Source: Bacteroidia bacterium
Lineage (GTDB): Bacteria; Bacteroidota; Bacteroidia; Flavobacteriales; Flavobacteriaceae
Reading direction: 5' to 3'
Assembly (NCBI GenBank): GCA_030427585.1
Contig: JAUIBW010000008.1
Span: 5,831 to 69,830, forward strand
Length of the DNA: 64,000 nt
Positions within the stretch are counted from its first letter, which is position 1. Every line of letters begins with the position of its first letter. The notes under the pieces are model-generated. The model worked only from the letters and a program-made list of their open reading frames with translations. It was not told the origin of the DNA and did no database searches. The position numbers and the translations under genes were made by a program. This document shows positions 15,830-25,138 of the stretch, one piece after another.

Positions 15830-16837
15830 CTCTGGTGTCAATTCGTTTTTACCAGGCTCATTTTGTTGCCAGCAATTAATATTATAAATGGTTGTTTCTG
15901 CAATAGTTGTAAGTGCTTCTTTGGTAGCAAACGCCTGATGAGGCGTAAGAATTACATTAGGTAAATCAAGAAGTTGTTGTAATGTTTTATCCTTAGGTTT
16001 ATTTTCAGAATGATCATAAAAAAAGATTCCACTTTCATGTTCATATACATCTGTACCATATCCAGCTATACTTTTTGATGTTAAAGCTTGTACAACATCT
16101 TGCGTATGCACTAATGCACCTCTTGCAATATTGATAAGTATTGCTTCTTTTTTCATCTGCTCAATTCGATCCATATCTATAAGATGATGTGTCTGACTAT
16201 TGAGTGGTATACACAAAAAGATAATATCAGATTGTTTACATAAATTGTCGAGAGTCATATATGATATCTGGTACTTTTCTTCTAATTTTTTATCCTCATA
16301 AATATCATGGCCAATAATCTCACAATTAAACCCATGCATAATTCTGGCAATTGTTTTTCCTATTCTGCCGGTTCCAATAATACCAACAGTTCTTTTATTG
16401 ATATCAAAACCAACAAGGTGACTTAATGAAAAATTATATGCGCTCACTTGAGCATTAGAAGGTATGAGTTTACGACTAAGGGTTAACAATAATGCAACAG
16501 CATGTTCTGCTATGGTTTGCGGAGAATATCCAGCTACATTAGCCACTTTGATCCCTAACTTTTTAGCTGTATTAATATTTACATTGTCATATCCCGTAGA
16601 ACGAAGCGCTATATATTTGATTCCAAAATCTTTTAATCTTTCTAAAACCATAGAAGACCCATCATCTGCAGAGAAAATAGATATAGCATCAAAGCCTAAT
16701 GCCAGCCCAGCCGTTTTTGAGGTAAGTCGTTCTGGCACATATTTAATTTGATGCTTTTCGTTATTTGCTTTTTCAAGAAACGGGATTTCAAAGTCCTTGG
16801 CACTATATATCAATATCTTCATTAGTAAGTTCTTCAA
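15818..16837 (-). CDS. ldhA: D-lactate dehydrogenase / D-isomer 2-hydroxyacid dehydrogenase
   Basis: GIIGTGRIGKTIARIM NAD fold, RGALV, TPHQAFAT. The true start may be the MKILIY ATG at 16819. Confidence 0.8.
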   Translation of the reverse strand: MKNLLMKILIYSAKDFEIPFLEKANNEKHQIKYVPERLTSKTAGLALGFDAISIFSADDGSSMVLERLKDFGIKYIALRSTGYDNVNINTAKKLGIKVANVAGYSPQTIAEHAVALLLTLSRKLIPSNAQVSAYNFSLSHLVGFDINKRTVGIIGTGRIGKTIARIMHGFNCEIIGHDIYEDKKLEEKYQISYMTLDNLCKQSDIIFLCIPLNSQTHHLIDMDRIEQMKKEAILINIARGALVHTQDVVQALTSKSIAGYGTDVYEHESGIFFYDHSENKPKDKTLQQLLDLPNVILTPHQAFATKEALTTIAETTIYNINCWQQNEPGKNELTPELVG

Positions 16838-17468
16838 TAATTAATAATTGTTGCCCCTTTAGTGCCCAAACCAGTACTTTAACATAGTCGCTTACTGCTT
16901 TTTTAATATTTTCGGGCTCTGTGATATCTATTGATCCTTTCCATATTAATTCTCTCTCTTTATCTGGGCAAATGCAATAAAGTGAAGATTCTGCGTGAAA
17001 AATTTGATATTCTTCATAATAATCTTCATCATAATATATATCCTGATTTTCATAATAGTCATCTCTAAAACTGTCAAATGTTTTATCCAGATTTCTATAT
17101 GCTTTTACAACGGTTACTTTATCTTCGACTCCTAATACTTTAGAAAGTAAAATCGCGTCAAAGCCGTTTTCTATAAGCTTAGACTCGATAGCCATCATTT
17201 CTTTTTCGGTTTTTGGAGACGTTGTAAAAGAATTTTCAAAATAATCTAAACTCCTTACGGCATTAACACCACTTTTCTTTAGTTCTGTCGCTAATTTCTT
17301 TTCGAATACTTTTCGGGCACTTTCGTCTGGAGTGATTCCAATAACCAGAACTTTTTGAGCTTCAAACGTATCAATATCAGGATTTTTCCAGTTTTCGACT
17401 AATTCGCTAGATGAACAACTGTACAGTAATCCACTAATAACTAAAAGATATATATATAATTTGTTCAT
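16803..17468 (-). CDS. hypothetical lipoprotein
   Basis: MNKLYIYLLVISGLLYSCSS signal and lipobox; no other recognisable motif. Confidence 0.5.
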   Translation of the reverse strand: MNKLYIYLLVISGLLYSCSSSELVENWKNPDIDTFEAQKVLVIGITPDESARKVFEKKLATELKKSGVNAVRSLDYFENSFTTSPKTEKEMMAIESKLIENGFDAILLSKVLGVEDKVTVVKAYRNLDKTFDSFRDDYYENQDIYYDEDYYEEYQIFHAESSLYCICPDKERELIWKGSIDITEPENIKKAVSDYVKVLVWALKGQQLLIIEELTNEDIDI

Positions 17469-17487
17469 ATTTTCTTGGTATAGGTTA

Positions 17488-18009
17488 TTAAAATATATGT
17501 AAGCTTTTTGGCTTTATAATTTTATCTAATCGTTCTACTACTATATTGGTATATTCTGGTGTTTTTTCGATAATAGATTCGCCAGATATTACATCAACAC
17601 CTTCTAAAGCTATATTACTGCTTCCTACGGTTGACAGGATAATGAGCTTGTCTAATTGATTTGGATGGTTTTTAATAAACTTTTTTACATTTTTCGGTGG
17701 GCTCCCATACTCCCACGAATTAATAATAACCAAAGCATCCCACTTATCAATATTTACAGTAAACATCGTATACACATCTATTATCTTAAAATACACTGCA
17801 TCATTTTGATAATGCCTAATGATGCCTTGAACCAAAGAGTCTTTAAATCTGCTTCCTTGTGAGGCTATCAAAACTTTAGTTTTGAGATTAGCATCATTAA
17901 TTTCAAAAGGGATTACAGTATCCATAGAATAGGTATACTCGTACCACACCCATAATCCGGAAAAGAGTATCAAAACAAAAAATACCATGATTTTTAGTAT
18001 ACGTTTCAT
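17488..18009 (-). CDS. hypothetical membrane-anchored protein
   Basis: Single N-terminal TM helix (ILKIMVFFVLILFSGLWVW); the remainder is unrecognised. Confidence 0.45.
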   Translation of the reverse strand: MKRILKIMVFFVLILFSGLWVWYEYTYSMDTVIPFEINDANLKTKVLIASQGSRFKDSLVQGIIRHYQNDAVYFKIIDVYTMFTVNIDKWDALVIINSWEYGSPPKNVKKFIKNHPNQLDKLIILSTVGSSNIALEGVDVISGESIIEKTPEYTNIVVERLDKIIKPKSLHIF

Positions 18010-18013
18010 CTAC

Positions 18014-18457
18014 TTAACTCAATAGACGTTTTTGTTTACTCTCTTTCATTATCGTTTTTATTACATCAAAAATCTTTATTTTTGTTTCTTTATAACGGTT
18101 TAGGTATTTACTTACTGCCATCGTTAACTCCCAATGATCCTCTTTATATTGTTTTTCCTCTACAGGTTGATCAACTCCATCTAACAATATGGTAAGTTCA
18201 TTATGGTGATTAATTATTTTTTTTAGTAGTGGGTCGAGACCTTTCCTGCTAAGAGATAGTTCTTGTAGTATGCTCTTACTCTTTTCAAAAATCTTTTTTG
18301 AAATTAGTTGTATTGTATGGTTTTCTATAAGTTCATCTAAAAAATGCTGTTCATCTTTGATGAATTTAAGTTCTGACACCCAGTTTAGAGAAATCTCATG
18401 TAATTCTTCTGGGCTTCGCCATTCTACATATTTTATATTGGGTTGCTTTGCTTTCAT
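18014..18457 (-). CDS. hypothetical protein, paralog of 19090-19506
   Basis: Shares the W.S.L.FI..E.HF...L, H.(N/S)EL and Y..F...K..IF blocks with the 19090 gene. Confidence 0.5.
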   Translation of the reverse strand: MKAKQPNIKYVEWRSPEELHEISLNWVSELKFIKDEQHFLDELIENHTIQLISKKIFEKSKSILQELSLSRKGLDPLLKKIINHHNELTILLDGVDQPVEEKQYKEDHWELTMAVSKYLNRYKETKIKIFDVIKTIMKESKQKRLLS

Positions 18458-18494
18458 GGTTTCTATTTTAAGGTCATCATTTTAGATAAAAAGA

Positions 18495-18525
18495 CAGAGA
18501 ATAATGTCCCTAAATCTATTCTCTG
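18495..18525 (-). terminator. hsp20 terminator hairpin
   Basis: CAGAGAATA / TATTCTCTG stem, followed on the minus strand by a T-run (gtcttttt). Confidence 0.6.
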
Positions 18526-18540
18526 CCTTTCTTGTATAGA

Positions 18541-18984
18541 TTAATCTATTTCAATTACCTTTTTGGGTTGTTCTTTTGCTTCTTCTTTTTTTAGAAGATT
18601 GAGAGTAAGCACTCCATTTTTGTAGACAGCTTTAATCTTTTCATTCTGGTTTACGCTGGTAGGTAACTGTAATTTTCTATCGAACTCGTTATAACTAAAT
18701 TCTCTACGTGTGTACCCTTTATCCTCTTCTACCTCTTCTTTACTTTTTTGAGCACAAATGTGTAACACATCATCTTCCATAGTTACTTCAATATCTTTTT
18801 TTGAAAAACCAGGAACTGCGAGTTCAATTTCAAAATTATCCTTGTTTTCTTTGACATTCATTGCAGGAAGATTTCTGTCTTTTACAAAAAAATCGTCTGC
18901 AAAAAAATCATCTGTATCTAACCATGTAGAAACACGATCATTGATCCAGGGAAATCTGCTTTTGTTAAATTTAATTAATGACAT
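18541..18984 (-). CDS. Hsp20/alpha-crystallin small heat-shock protein
   Basis: PAMNVKENKDNFEIELAVPGFSKKDIEV......L.I, NGVLTLNL. Confidence 0.9.
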   Translation of the reverse strand: MSLIKFNKSRFPWINDRVSTWLDTDDFFADDFFVKDRNLPAMNVKENKDNFEIELAVPGFSKKDIEVTMEDDVLHICAQKSKEEVEEDKGYTRREFSYNEFDRKLQLPTSVNQNEKIKAVYKNGVLTLNLLKKEEAKEQPKKVIEID

Positions 18985-19047
18985 AACGTTAAGGTTTATT
19001 AGAGTTATTATTATGCTAAAATTAAGCTAGCAATGAGCATATTAAAA

Positions 19048-19059
19048 TGACAATTATCA
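19048..19059 (-). promoter_or_regulatory. FixK/FNR-like box TGACAATTATCA upstream of hsp20
   Basis: On the minus strand it is followed after 24 nt by TAATTTTA; 64 nt upstream of the ATG. Confidence 0.6.
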
Positions 19060-19089
19060 GTTTATTAGCATTTTAACCTCTATTTAACG

Positions 19090-19506
19090 TTACTTCTTGT
19101 TCTTTTTCAAAACTCCACCCGCATACAGAAAAATCTCAGATTTTAACCTGCTGAAATTTTTATAGAAGTCATCAAAAGTACATCTTACCAGAATATGATT
19201 TTTATAGTAAAAATTGTCACAAGAAATAGTATCGCATTCTAGCATACCGCCTAATTCACTTTCGTGTGTTCTTATACCTTGACTTATATTTTGTATTTCT
19301 TTCTCTATGTCTGTGATTTGTTGTTTAAACTCTTGTAACCGCTCAAAAAGATTTGGGGTGGTAGGTTCAAAAACGTAAGAATTTAATAATTGATTGATAA
19401 AATGTATTTCGCCTTCGATAAATCGAAGACTTGATTTCCATTTTAAGATATCAAAATGAATCTCTTTTAATTCTTTATCAGAGGTATTATCTGTTGTTGC
19501 CATCAT
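19090..19506 (-). CDS. hypothetical protein, paralog of 18014-18457
   Basis: The track start at 19533 would precede the predicted transcription start (TACCTTTT -7 box at about 19533-19540). The MMATTDN start at 19506 is preferred. Confidence 0.5.
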   Translation of the reverse strand: MMATTDNTSDKELKEIHFDILKWKSSLRFIEGEIHFINQLLNSYVFEPTTPNLFERLQEFKQQITDIEKEIQNISQGIRTHESELGGMLECDTISCDNFYYKNHILVRCTFDDFYKNFSRLKSEIFLYAGGVLKKNKK

Positions 19507-19563
19507 TTTTTTCAGGTTTTTAAAGCTTACCAAAAAGGTACTTAACCTCTATGAATTAAAAAG

Positions 19564-19575
19564 TGATAATTATCA
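19564..19575 (-). promoter_or_regulatory. FixK/FNR-like box TGATAATTATCA
   Basis: Perfect palindrome. On the minus strand, 23 nt later comes TACCTTTT. Confidence 0.6.
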
Positions 19576-19637
19576 GGTTTCATGGCTTTTAACAAAATAT
19601 TTCCTGCTTCTCTTTTTGTTTTTCCTGAAATAAAAAA

Positions 19638-21008
19638 TCAAACCATAATTTCTATGGTATCATGTAGTTTAGGAATCTGAACTTTCCATTGATATGTATC
19701 TTGTATTTTTACGCGCAATACATCTGCAGGAGTTGCTTCGCCATGAATCAAAAATACTTTTTCGGGAACATTCTTAATTTCACTCATCCAATCTAATAAT
19801 TCTTGCTGATCTGCATGGGCAGATAAACTTTCTATATTGTAAATCTTTGCTTTTACAGGATAATATTTACCAAATAGTTTGATCTCATGAGCTCCTTCTT
19901 GTAATTGTCTTCCACGAGTTCCTTCTGCCTGAAAACCCACAAGCACTACAGAGGTATTAACATTGTCTATAAGCTGTTGCAAATAAGTAAGTACTCTGCC
20001 TCCGGTAACCATTCCGCTACCCGCAATAACAATTTTGGGACGTGGATTATCGACCACTTCCCACGTTTCTTTATAAGACATCACAATATTAGTATGATTG
20101 CAAATAGCATGATATTCGTTCATAGGTAATTTATGCCAGTTAGGAAAGCTTTCAAAAACAGAAAGTACATTGTTTCCCATTGGGCTATCTACATAAACAG
20201 GTAGATTAGGAATGCGATTTTTTTGATACAGTTTCCAAAGTATATACATCAAAGTTTGTAATCGTTCTACTGCAAATGAAGGAATGATTAAAACCCCTTG
20301 GTTATATAATGTATCATTAATCAACGTGATAAGTTTTTCTTCGACATCTTCACCAGGGTGTAACTTATTGCCATAGGTACTTTCTATAAAAAGAAAATCG
20401 GCCCAATCTGGTTTTTCTGGAGCATAAAGTAATACATCATCTGTTCTTCCCAAGTCTCCAGAAAACACCAATATCTTTCCGTAAAGATGTAACTCTATAA
20501 AAGTAGATCCTATAATATGTCCGTTATATCTAAATCTAAATTGTATATCTTGAGATAACGAAACCCATGTATCTTTCTCTTCTCTTTTAAAATATTTAAT
20601 TGTTTTCTCTACATCGGTCTTGGTATAAAAAGGTAATGCGGGATCATGTTTAGAATAACCTTCTTTATTAGCTTTTTCGGCTTCTTCTTCGTGTATCTTT
20701 GCACTATCTCTTAAAATAATTTCAGTAATTGCCAATGTAGGTGCAGTAGCTACAATATCGCCTGTAAATCCTTGTTTAATTAACCTTGGTAAATAACCTG
20801 TATGATCCAAATGCCCATGTGTAAGCAGTACAATATCAATCGCAGAAGCATCGATAGGCAAATCTTGCCAATTTAATTCTCTTAATTCTTTAACTCCTTG
20901 AAACATCCCACAATCAATTAATATATTTTTTTGAGGAGTTTCGAGATAAAACTTAGATCCGGTAACCGTTCCTGCAGCTCCCAAAAAGTGAATTTTAATT
21001 GATGGCAT
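19638..21008 (-). CDS. MBL-fold beta-CASP family hydrolase (RNA-metabolising type)
   Basis: LLTHGHLDHTGYLP (HxHxDH); about 456 aa; C-terminal SAHADQQELLDW and HGE motifs typical of beta-CASP. Confidence 0.75.
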   Translation of the reverse strand: MPSIKIHFLGAAGTVTGSKFYLETPQKNILIDCGMFQGVKELRELNWQDLPIDASAIDIVLLTHGHLDHTGYLPRLIKQGFTGDIVATAPTLAITEIILRDSAKIHEEEAEKANKEGYSKHDPALPFYTKTDVEKTIKYFKREEKDTWVSLSQDIQFRFRYNGHIIGSTFIELHLYGKILVFSGDLGRTDDVLLYAPEKPDWADFLFIESTYGNKLHPGEDVEEKLITLINDTLYNQGVLIIPSFAVERLQTLMYILWKLYQKNRIPNLPVYVDSPMGNNVLSVFESFPNWHKLPMNEYHAICNHTNIVMSYKETWEVVDNPRPKIVIAGSGMVTGGRVLTYLQQLIDNVNTSVVLVGFQAEGTRGRQLQEGAHEIKLFGKYYPVKAKIYNIESLSAHADQQELLDWMSEIKNVPEKVFLIHGEATPADVLRVKIQDTYQWKVQIPKLHDTIEIMV

Positions 21009-21019
21009 AAGACTTTATT

Positions 21020-21856
21020 TTATACTGTACATAGCATTTTTATTTCATTCACAATTTTTTGTTTTCGCTGTTCAGAAATGCCTAAATGATCCAGAAAAAA
21101 AATCTGTTCTATCAATTGTTTTGCTAAAACAATGTTTCGGCTTAATAAAAATTGTTTTTCACGATTTGTTAAAAGCGTAGAAACCGTTATTGGATATAAC
21201 CCTAAACGATCAATTCTATCTTTAAGGTTATTTTCTATAGGATAATCCCAACTTAATAAATACAAACCTACACACTCGCCATATTGAATTGCGTCCTTTG
21301 TAAAACGTGTATTGGTCACAACCCAACCATGATTAGGCACTATTTCTCCATTATTTTTATGGTGCGTTTCAATATCCTTAAATCGAGAATGGATATACAA
21401 AGGGACTTTTACATTACAATTGCGTCCTTCTTCGCTATGAAACTTACATTCTATAACCAGATAGTCCCTATTTTTCCTGGCTACTACATCTACTTCATGA
21501 GAGACACACATACCCTGAATGATTTGCCCAACTTCTACCTGATAACCAGAATACTGTAATATAGATGCAATAAAACGCTCGAAAGGAAAACCTGTTGGTC
21601 CCAATTCATAAATTGCTTTTTTTAGTTTGTATTTTGAAGCAAAAACCGATTTCTTCTTTTTTAGTAATGCAAAAGCTCGATTATAAATTTCTCTGGTAGA
21701 AATTCCTTGATATAATTCATCTCTAACGACTCCCAGAATATGTTCTATTGCTTTATCATCTGCACCACTTCGCTTTAAGGAATTGCGAAGTTTTCGGAGT
21801 GAAAATTTAACTTTTTCTCCAGAAGATTTTATAACATCAAAATTCTGATTTTGCAT
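21020..21856 (-). CDS. ATP-cone domain fused to a Mrr/restriction-endonuclease-like domain
   Basis: N-terminal VIKSSGEKVKFSLRKLRNSLKRSG...REIYNRAF (ATP-cone-like). C-terminal HEVDVVARKNRDYLVIECKFH (D...E.K nuclease core). Confidence 0.6.
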   Translation of the reverse strand: MQNQNFDVIKSSGEKVKFSLRKLRNSLKRSGADDKAIEHILGVVRDELYQGISTREIYNRAFALLKKKKSVFASKYKLKKAIYELGPTGFPFERFIASILQYSGYQVEVGQIIQGMCVSHEVDVVARKNRDYLVIECKFHSEEGRNCNVKVPLYIHSRFKDIETHHKNNGEIVPNHGWVVTNTRFTKDAIQYGECVGLYLLSWDYPIENNLKDRIDRLGLYPITVSTLLTNREKQFLLSRNIVLAKQLIEQIFFLDHLGISEQRKQKIVNEIKMLCTV

Positions 21857-21910
21857 TAAAACTATTTAAATATTAAATACAACTAACTAAATATCTTAAT
21901 GAATACGCTG

Positions 21911-22318
21911 TTAATCTTTTTTGAAATATGATCTTATCAAAGCTTTAGTTTGATTATCGGTCATACTATCTGCTTTAAGCACATCTTTTACCTTTTTACC
22001 GATATCTCTATAGTTTGTTGTTAATTCTTTATTAAATTTTTCTCCCGTCTCTGCAGGCCCATAAATCACAATCCTATCTGCATCTTTTATAAGAGGAATA
22101 ATCTTTTTAAAATAGGCTTTAAATTGATGTTTCTCTCGTTCTAGATATTTACTATCCTGAACCACATCCTGCGGCCCGCCTTTAAGTCGTGTTCCAGAAC
22201 CGCCGTGAATACGAAAGTTTTCAATTTCTGATGGTATGGTAGTCATATCCTCGCTATCTTCTTTAACAGAAATGATATGAGCTTTTTCTTTATCTATCCA
22301 AATTCCTACAGGTTTCAT
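21911..22318 (-). CDS. host-attachment / bacterial eRF1-like (baeRF) family protein, tentative
   Basis: 135 aa with GIWIDKEKAHII... start, a Gly-rich loop HGGSGTRLKGGPQD, then RIVIYGPAETGEKF...KADSMTDNQ, which resembles the eRF1/Pelota C-terminal-like fold families. This comparison is from memory only. Confidence 0.35.
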   Translation of the reverse strand: MKPVGIWIDKEKAHIISVKEDSEDMTTIPSEIENFRIHGGSGTRLKGGPQDVVQDSKYLEREKHQFKAYFKKIIPLIKDADRIVIYGPAETGEKFNKELTTNYRDIGKKVKDVLKADSMTDNQTKALIRSYFKKD

Positions 22319-22391
22319 CTGTTTATTTTTTATGGTTAAAGAGTATTAACAGCAGTTATAAGTGTAGACTGCCTAATTGTAGTATATCTGC

Positions 22392-23246
22392 TTAATTTGC
22401 TAAATCATGTAAGGCCAATACCGGTACTTGAGAATGATGTCCTAAATTTTTTACCATTGGCCTTGAAAATATACTTCCAAAAAAACTGTGTTTTCTATTA
22501 ATAAAAGTAATCATATCACTCCCCCGGCTTTCTACAAAACTGCTAAGCCCTCCTTTTATATCTATATTATGCAGTGTATGAAAAGTGTATTTTATACCAT
22601 CCAAGTATTCTACAAGTAATCCCTTGTTGTTTTCTTGTTCTTCATCCAGATCATCATCATTTGTAACATGAAGAATTCTTATTTCAGCATTTGTGATTCG
22701 TGCTATTTCAATTAGATATTGAAGCTCTCTGCGCTTAATTTGAGTTCTATAATCTGTTGGAAATACAATTTCTTTTGGTTCTTTATAGTTAGTGTTTTCT
22801 GGTATTGCCATAACAGGGCAATTTCTTACTTTTTCCATCACCAAAACTGTATTACTACCGTAAATGAGATCTCCAGCATTAGTCGTTCCTTTGGTTCCCA
22901 TAACGATCATTTCGATATCTTTTTTCTCTACGGTATCTTTGATCGCACTCAATACATTATTGAATTGAGATATCATAAAAAATTTATGATTAGGGTTATC
23001 ATCTCTAAAACTTAACCTTTCTTCGATTTTACTTAAGCCCTTTTCTGATTTCTCTTTGGCCTCTTCATAAAGTCGTTCTCCTGGTTCGGGAATCATCATG
23101 CTTTCTAATGCATAACCTGTTGCATTAAACACATTAAGTACGTAAAAATCACATGTTTCATTTTTATATAACTCTATAGCATATAGTATAGCATTCCACG
23201 CGTTTTTTGAAAAATCCGTGGGCAACAAAATCTTTTTTTTCATCAT
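22392..23246 (-). CDS. universal stress protein, tandem Usp domains
   Basis: ILLPTDFSKNAWNAILYAIELY, VMGTKGTTNAGDLIYGSNT. Confidence 0.85.
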   Translation of the reverse strand: MMKKKILLPTDFSKNAWNAILYAIELYKNETCDFYVLNVFNATGYALESMMIPEPGERLYEEAKEKSEKGLSKIEERLSFRDDNPNHKFFMISQFNNVLSAIKDTVEKKDIEMIVMGTKGTTNAGDLIYGSNTVLVMEKVRNCPVMAIPENTNYKEPKEIVFPTDYRTQIKRRELQYLIEIARITNAEIRILHVTNDDDLDEEQENNKGLLVEYLDGIKYTFHTLHNIDIKGGLSSFVESRGSDMITFINRKHSFFGSIFSRPMVKNLGHHSQVPVLALHDLAN

Positions 23247-23300
23247 TTAGGTCTTTAAGATTAGTCTTATAAATGTATGGATCTAGCCTTGTAAAAACTA

Positions 23301-23312
23301 TGATAATTATCA
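23301..23312 (-). promoter_or_regulatory. FixK/FNR-like box TGATAATTATCA
   Basis: Perfect palindrome overlapping the stop codon of the upstream usp. On the minus strand, 23 nt later comes TACATTTA. Confidence 0.6.
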
Positions 23313-24158
23313 GCTTAACTCAGGAATGACCAAGAAAGGAATGGTTGTGCGAAATCCTATTTTTTTAATAGTAGGTTCATGTGTGATACTTTCTATAAGA
23401 CTATGTTTATATTGTGACATACATAGTATATCAATATCCATATTATCAATAAACTCATTGATAAGTTTAGCTTTTTGAGTAAATCGAGGAATCCAATGGA
23501 TACAGTAATTAAAGTCTTTGAAATTTTCTTTAAGATGCTTAAGATTATGTTCTTGTATTTCGTCTAATTTCTCTTCTTCATGAATATGCATCACCCTAAT
23601 GTTTGAAGAAAATAGAGTAACAATTTCTAGAAGAGGTTTTAAAGACTCTATATTATAAAGACATTTAAAATCTGTTGCAAAAGCAATTTCTGTAGGTTTT
23701 TTAAAATCAAATTCATCTGGTACTGCCAGTATCGTGCAATCCTTAATATTATTAATGACTTTAACCGTATTACTTCCTATAAGAACTTCTTTGGCACCAC
23801 TGGCTCCCTTAGTTCCCATAACAACAAGATCGATATTTTTACTTTTTATGGTTTTGTTAATGGTATCGGTAAGTTTTTTGGAAACAGAAATAGTTTCAAA
23901 CGTATGCTTATAATCCTCTGTATCTCTAACTATAGAATGGAGCGTTTCGGTAAGCTTTTCCTGCGACTCATTACTTAATTCCTGATATAATAAATCTCCT
24001 TTGGCAATATTAATTCTACTTGTTAAAACCGGAGTATCTACATTAAAAGTATTTAGAATATAAAATTGACACTCCTGATCTTGAAATAATCTGGTCGCAT
24101 AAAAAAGTGCGCCATAAGCGTTATTAGAAAAATCTGTGGGAACAAGTATCCTTTTCAT
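23310..24158 (-). CDS. universal stress protein, tandem Usp domains
   Basis: ILVPTDFSNNAYGALFYATRLF, VMGTKGASGAKEVLIGSNT. Confidence 0.85.
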   Translation of the reverse strand: MKRILVPTDFSNNAYGALFYATRLFQDQECQFYILNTFNVDTPVLTSRINIAKGDLLYQELSNESQEKLTETLHSIVRDTEDYKHTFETISVSKKLTDTINKTIKSKNIDLVVMGTKGASGAKEVLIGSNTVKVINNIKDCTILAVPDEFDFKKPTEIAFATDFKCLYNIESLKPLLEIVTLFSSNIRVMHIHEEEKLDEIQEHNLKHLKENFKDFNYCIHWIPRFTQKAKLINEFIDNMDIDILCMSQYKHSLIESITHEPTIKKIGFRTTIPFLVIPELS

Positions 24159-24216
24159 CTCTTTTCAGTTTTACAAATTATATCATAAAATTAGCTTTAT
24201 AATAACAGGAATACTA

Positions 24217-24228
24217 TGACAAATCTCA
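24217..24228 (-). promoter_or_regulatory. FixK/FNR-like box TGACAAATCTCA (one half degenerate)
   Basis: On the minus strand, 23 nt later comes TAATTTTA. Confidence 0.5.
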
Positions 24229-24243
24229 TGTCTACAAAAACTC

Positions 24244-25098
24244 TCAAATACCAATATCGGCAGGGATTATCAAAAAAGGAATTATAGTATTAAATGTCAT
24301 TTTTTTGATGATGGGTTCTTTTATTATTCTTTCTACAAAACTATGCTCATAATTAATCATTACCAGAATATCGATTTCTAGTTCTTCTATAAATTCCTGA
24401 ATAGCATGTTCTACTGTAGAGAAATCAGACATGACATGAAAATCATATTTTACATGTTTAAAATAATATTCTAATGAGCTAGAATTATAATGTTGTAAAG
24501 GATTTAATTTGGGTTTATCATATATATGAATCATCCTAACCGTAGCATTCTGACTTTTAGCCAATTCTAGTATAGGAGCGATCTCTGCCTTATGATACAT
24601 TCGCTCAAAATCTGTTGCAAAAGCTATTGCCGAAATTTCTTTAAAATATGAATCATCAGGAATAATAAGGATAGGACAATGTGATACATTATTGACTACT
24701 TTTTGTGTAGTACTTCCTAAAAAAAGATTTTTACTTCCAGTTGTTCCTTTGGTACCAATGATAATCATATCAAAAGAGTTATGTTCTGAAAGCTTGTCTA
24801 TATTTTGAACCAAGGATCCCTTTTTACTTATTGTTTTAAAGATATGATGCAGTCCTGGTGTAGAATTATGGATATCTTCTAAAATCATTTTCAGTCCTTG
24901 CTCAGATTCCATTTTAATCGCTTCATAAAGATGACCTATACGCTGTGAACTCACCACACTTATAAGTTGTACTGGTTCAAGGTCATACGTGTTTAACAAA
25001 TAAAACTCACAAGGAACATTTCTATATAATTCTATAGCATACAATATAGTATTCCAAGCATTATCAGAAAAATCTGTAGGGATTAGAATTTGTTTCAT
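24244..25098 (-). CDS. universal stress protein, tandem Usp domains
   Basis: ILIPTDFSDNAWNTILYAIELY, IIGTKGTTGSKNLFLGSTT. Confidence 0.85.
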   Translation of the reverse strand: MKQILIPTDFSDNAWNTILYAIELYRNVPCEFYLLNTYDLEPVQLISVVSSQRIGHLYEAIKMESEQGLKMILEDIHNSTPGLHHIFKTISKKGSLVQNIDKLSEHNSFDMIIIGTKGTTGSKNLFLGSTTQKVVNNVSHCPILIIPDDSYFKEISAIAFATDFERMYHKAEIAPILELAKSQNATVRMIHIYDKPKLNPLQHYNSSSLEYYFKHVKYDFHVMSDFSTVEHAIQEFIEELEIDILVMINYEHSFVERIIKEPIIKKMTFNTIIPFLIIPADIGI

Positions 25099-25138
25099 TT
25101 GTCTATATTTATCAGACTAGCGAGGTCTAGGATTAATA

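Noticed and set aside
25103-25114. Degenerate half-box (minus strand TGATAAATATAG) upstream of usp 24244-25098
   Set aside because: Only one half-site matches, and it lies about 4 nt from the ATG, which is incompatible with the 23-nt-plus-(-7 box) geometry of the other sites. This usp is more likely co-transcribed with the two upstream usp genes.
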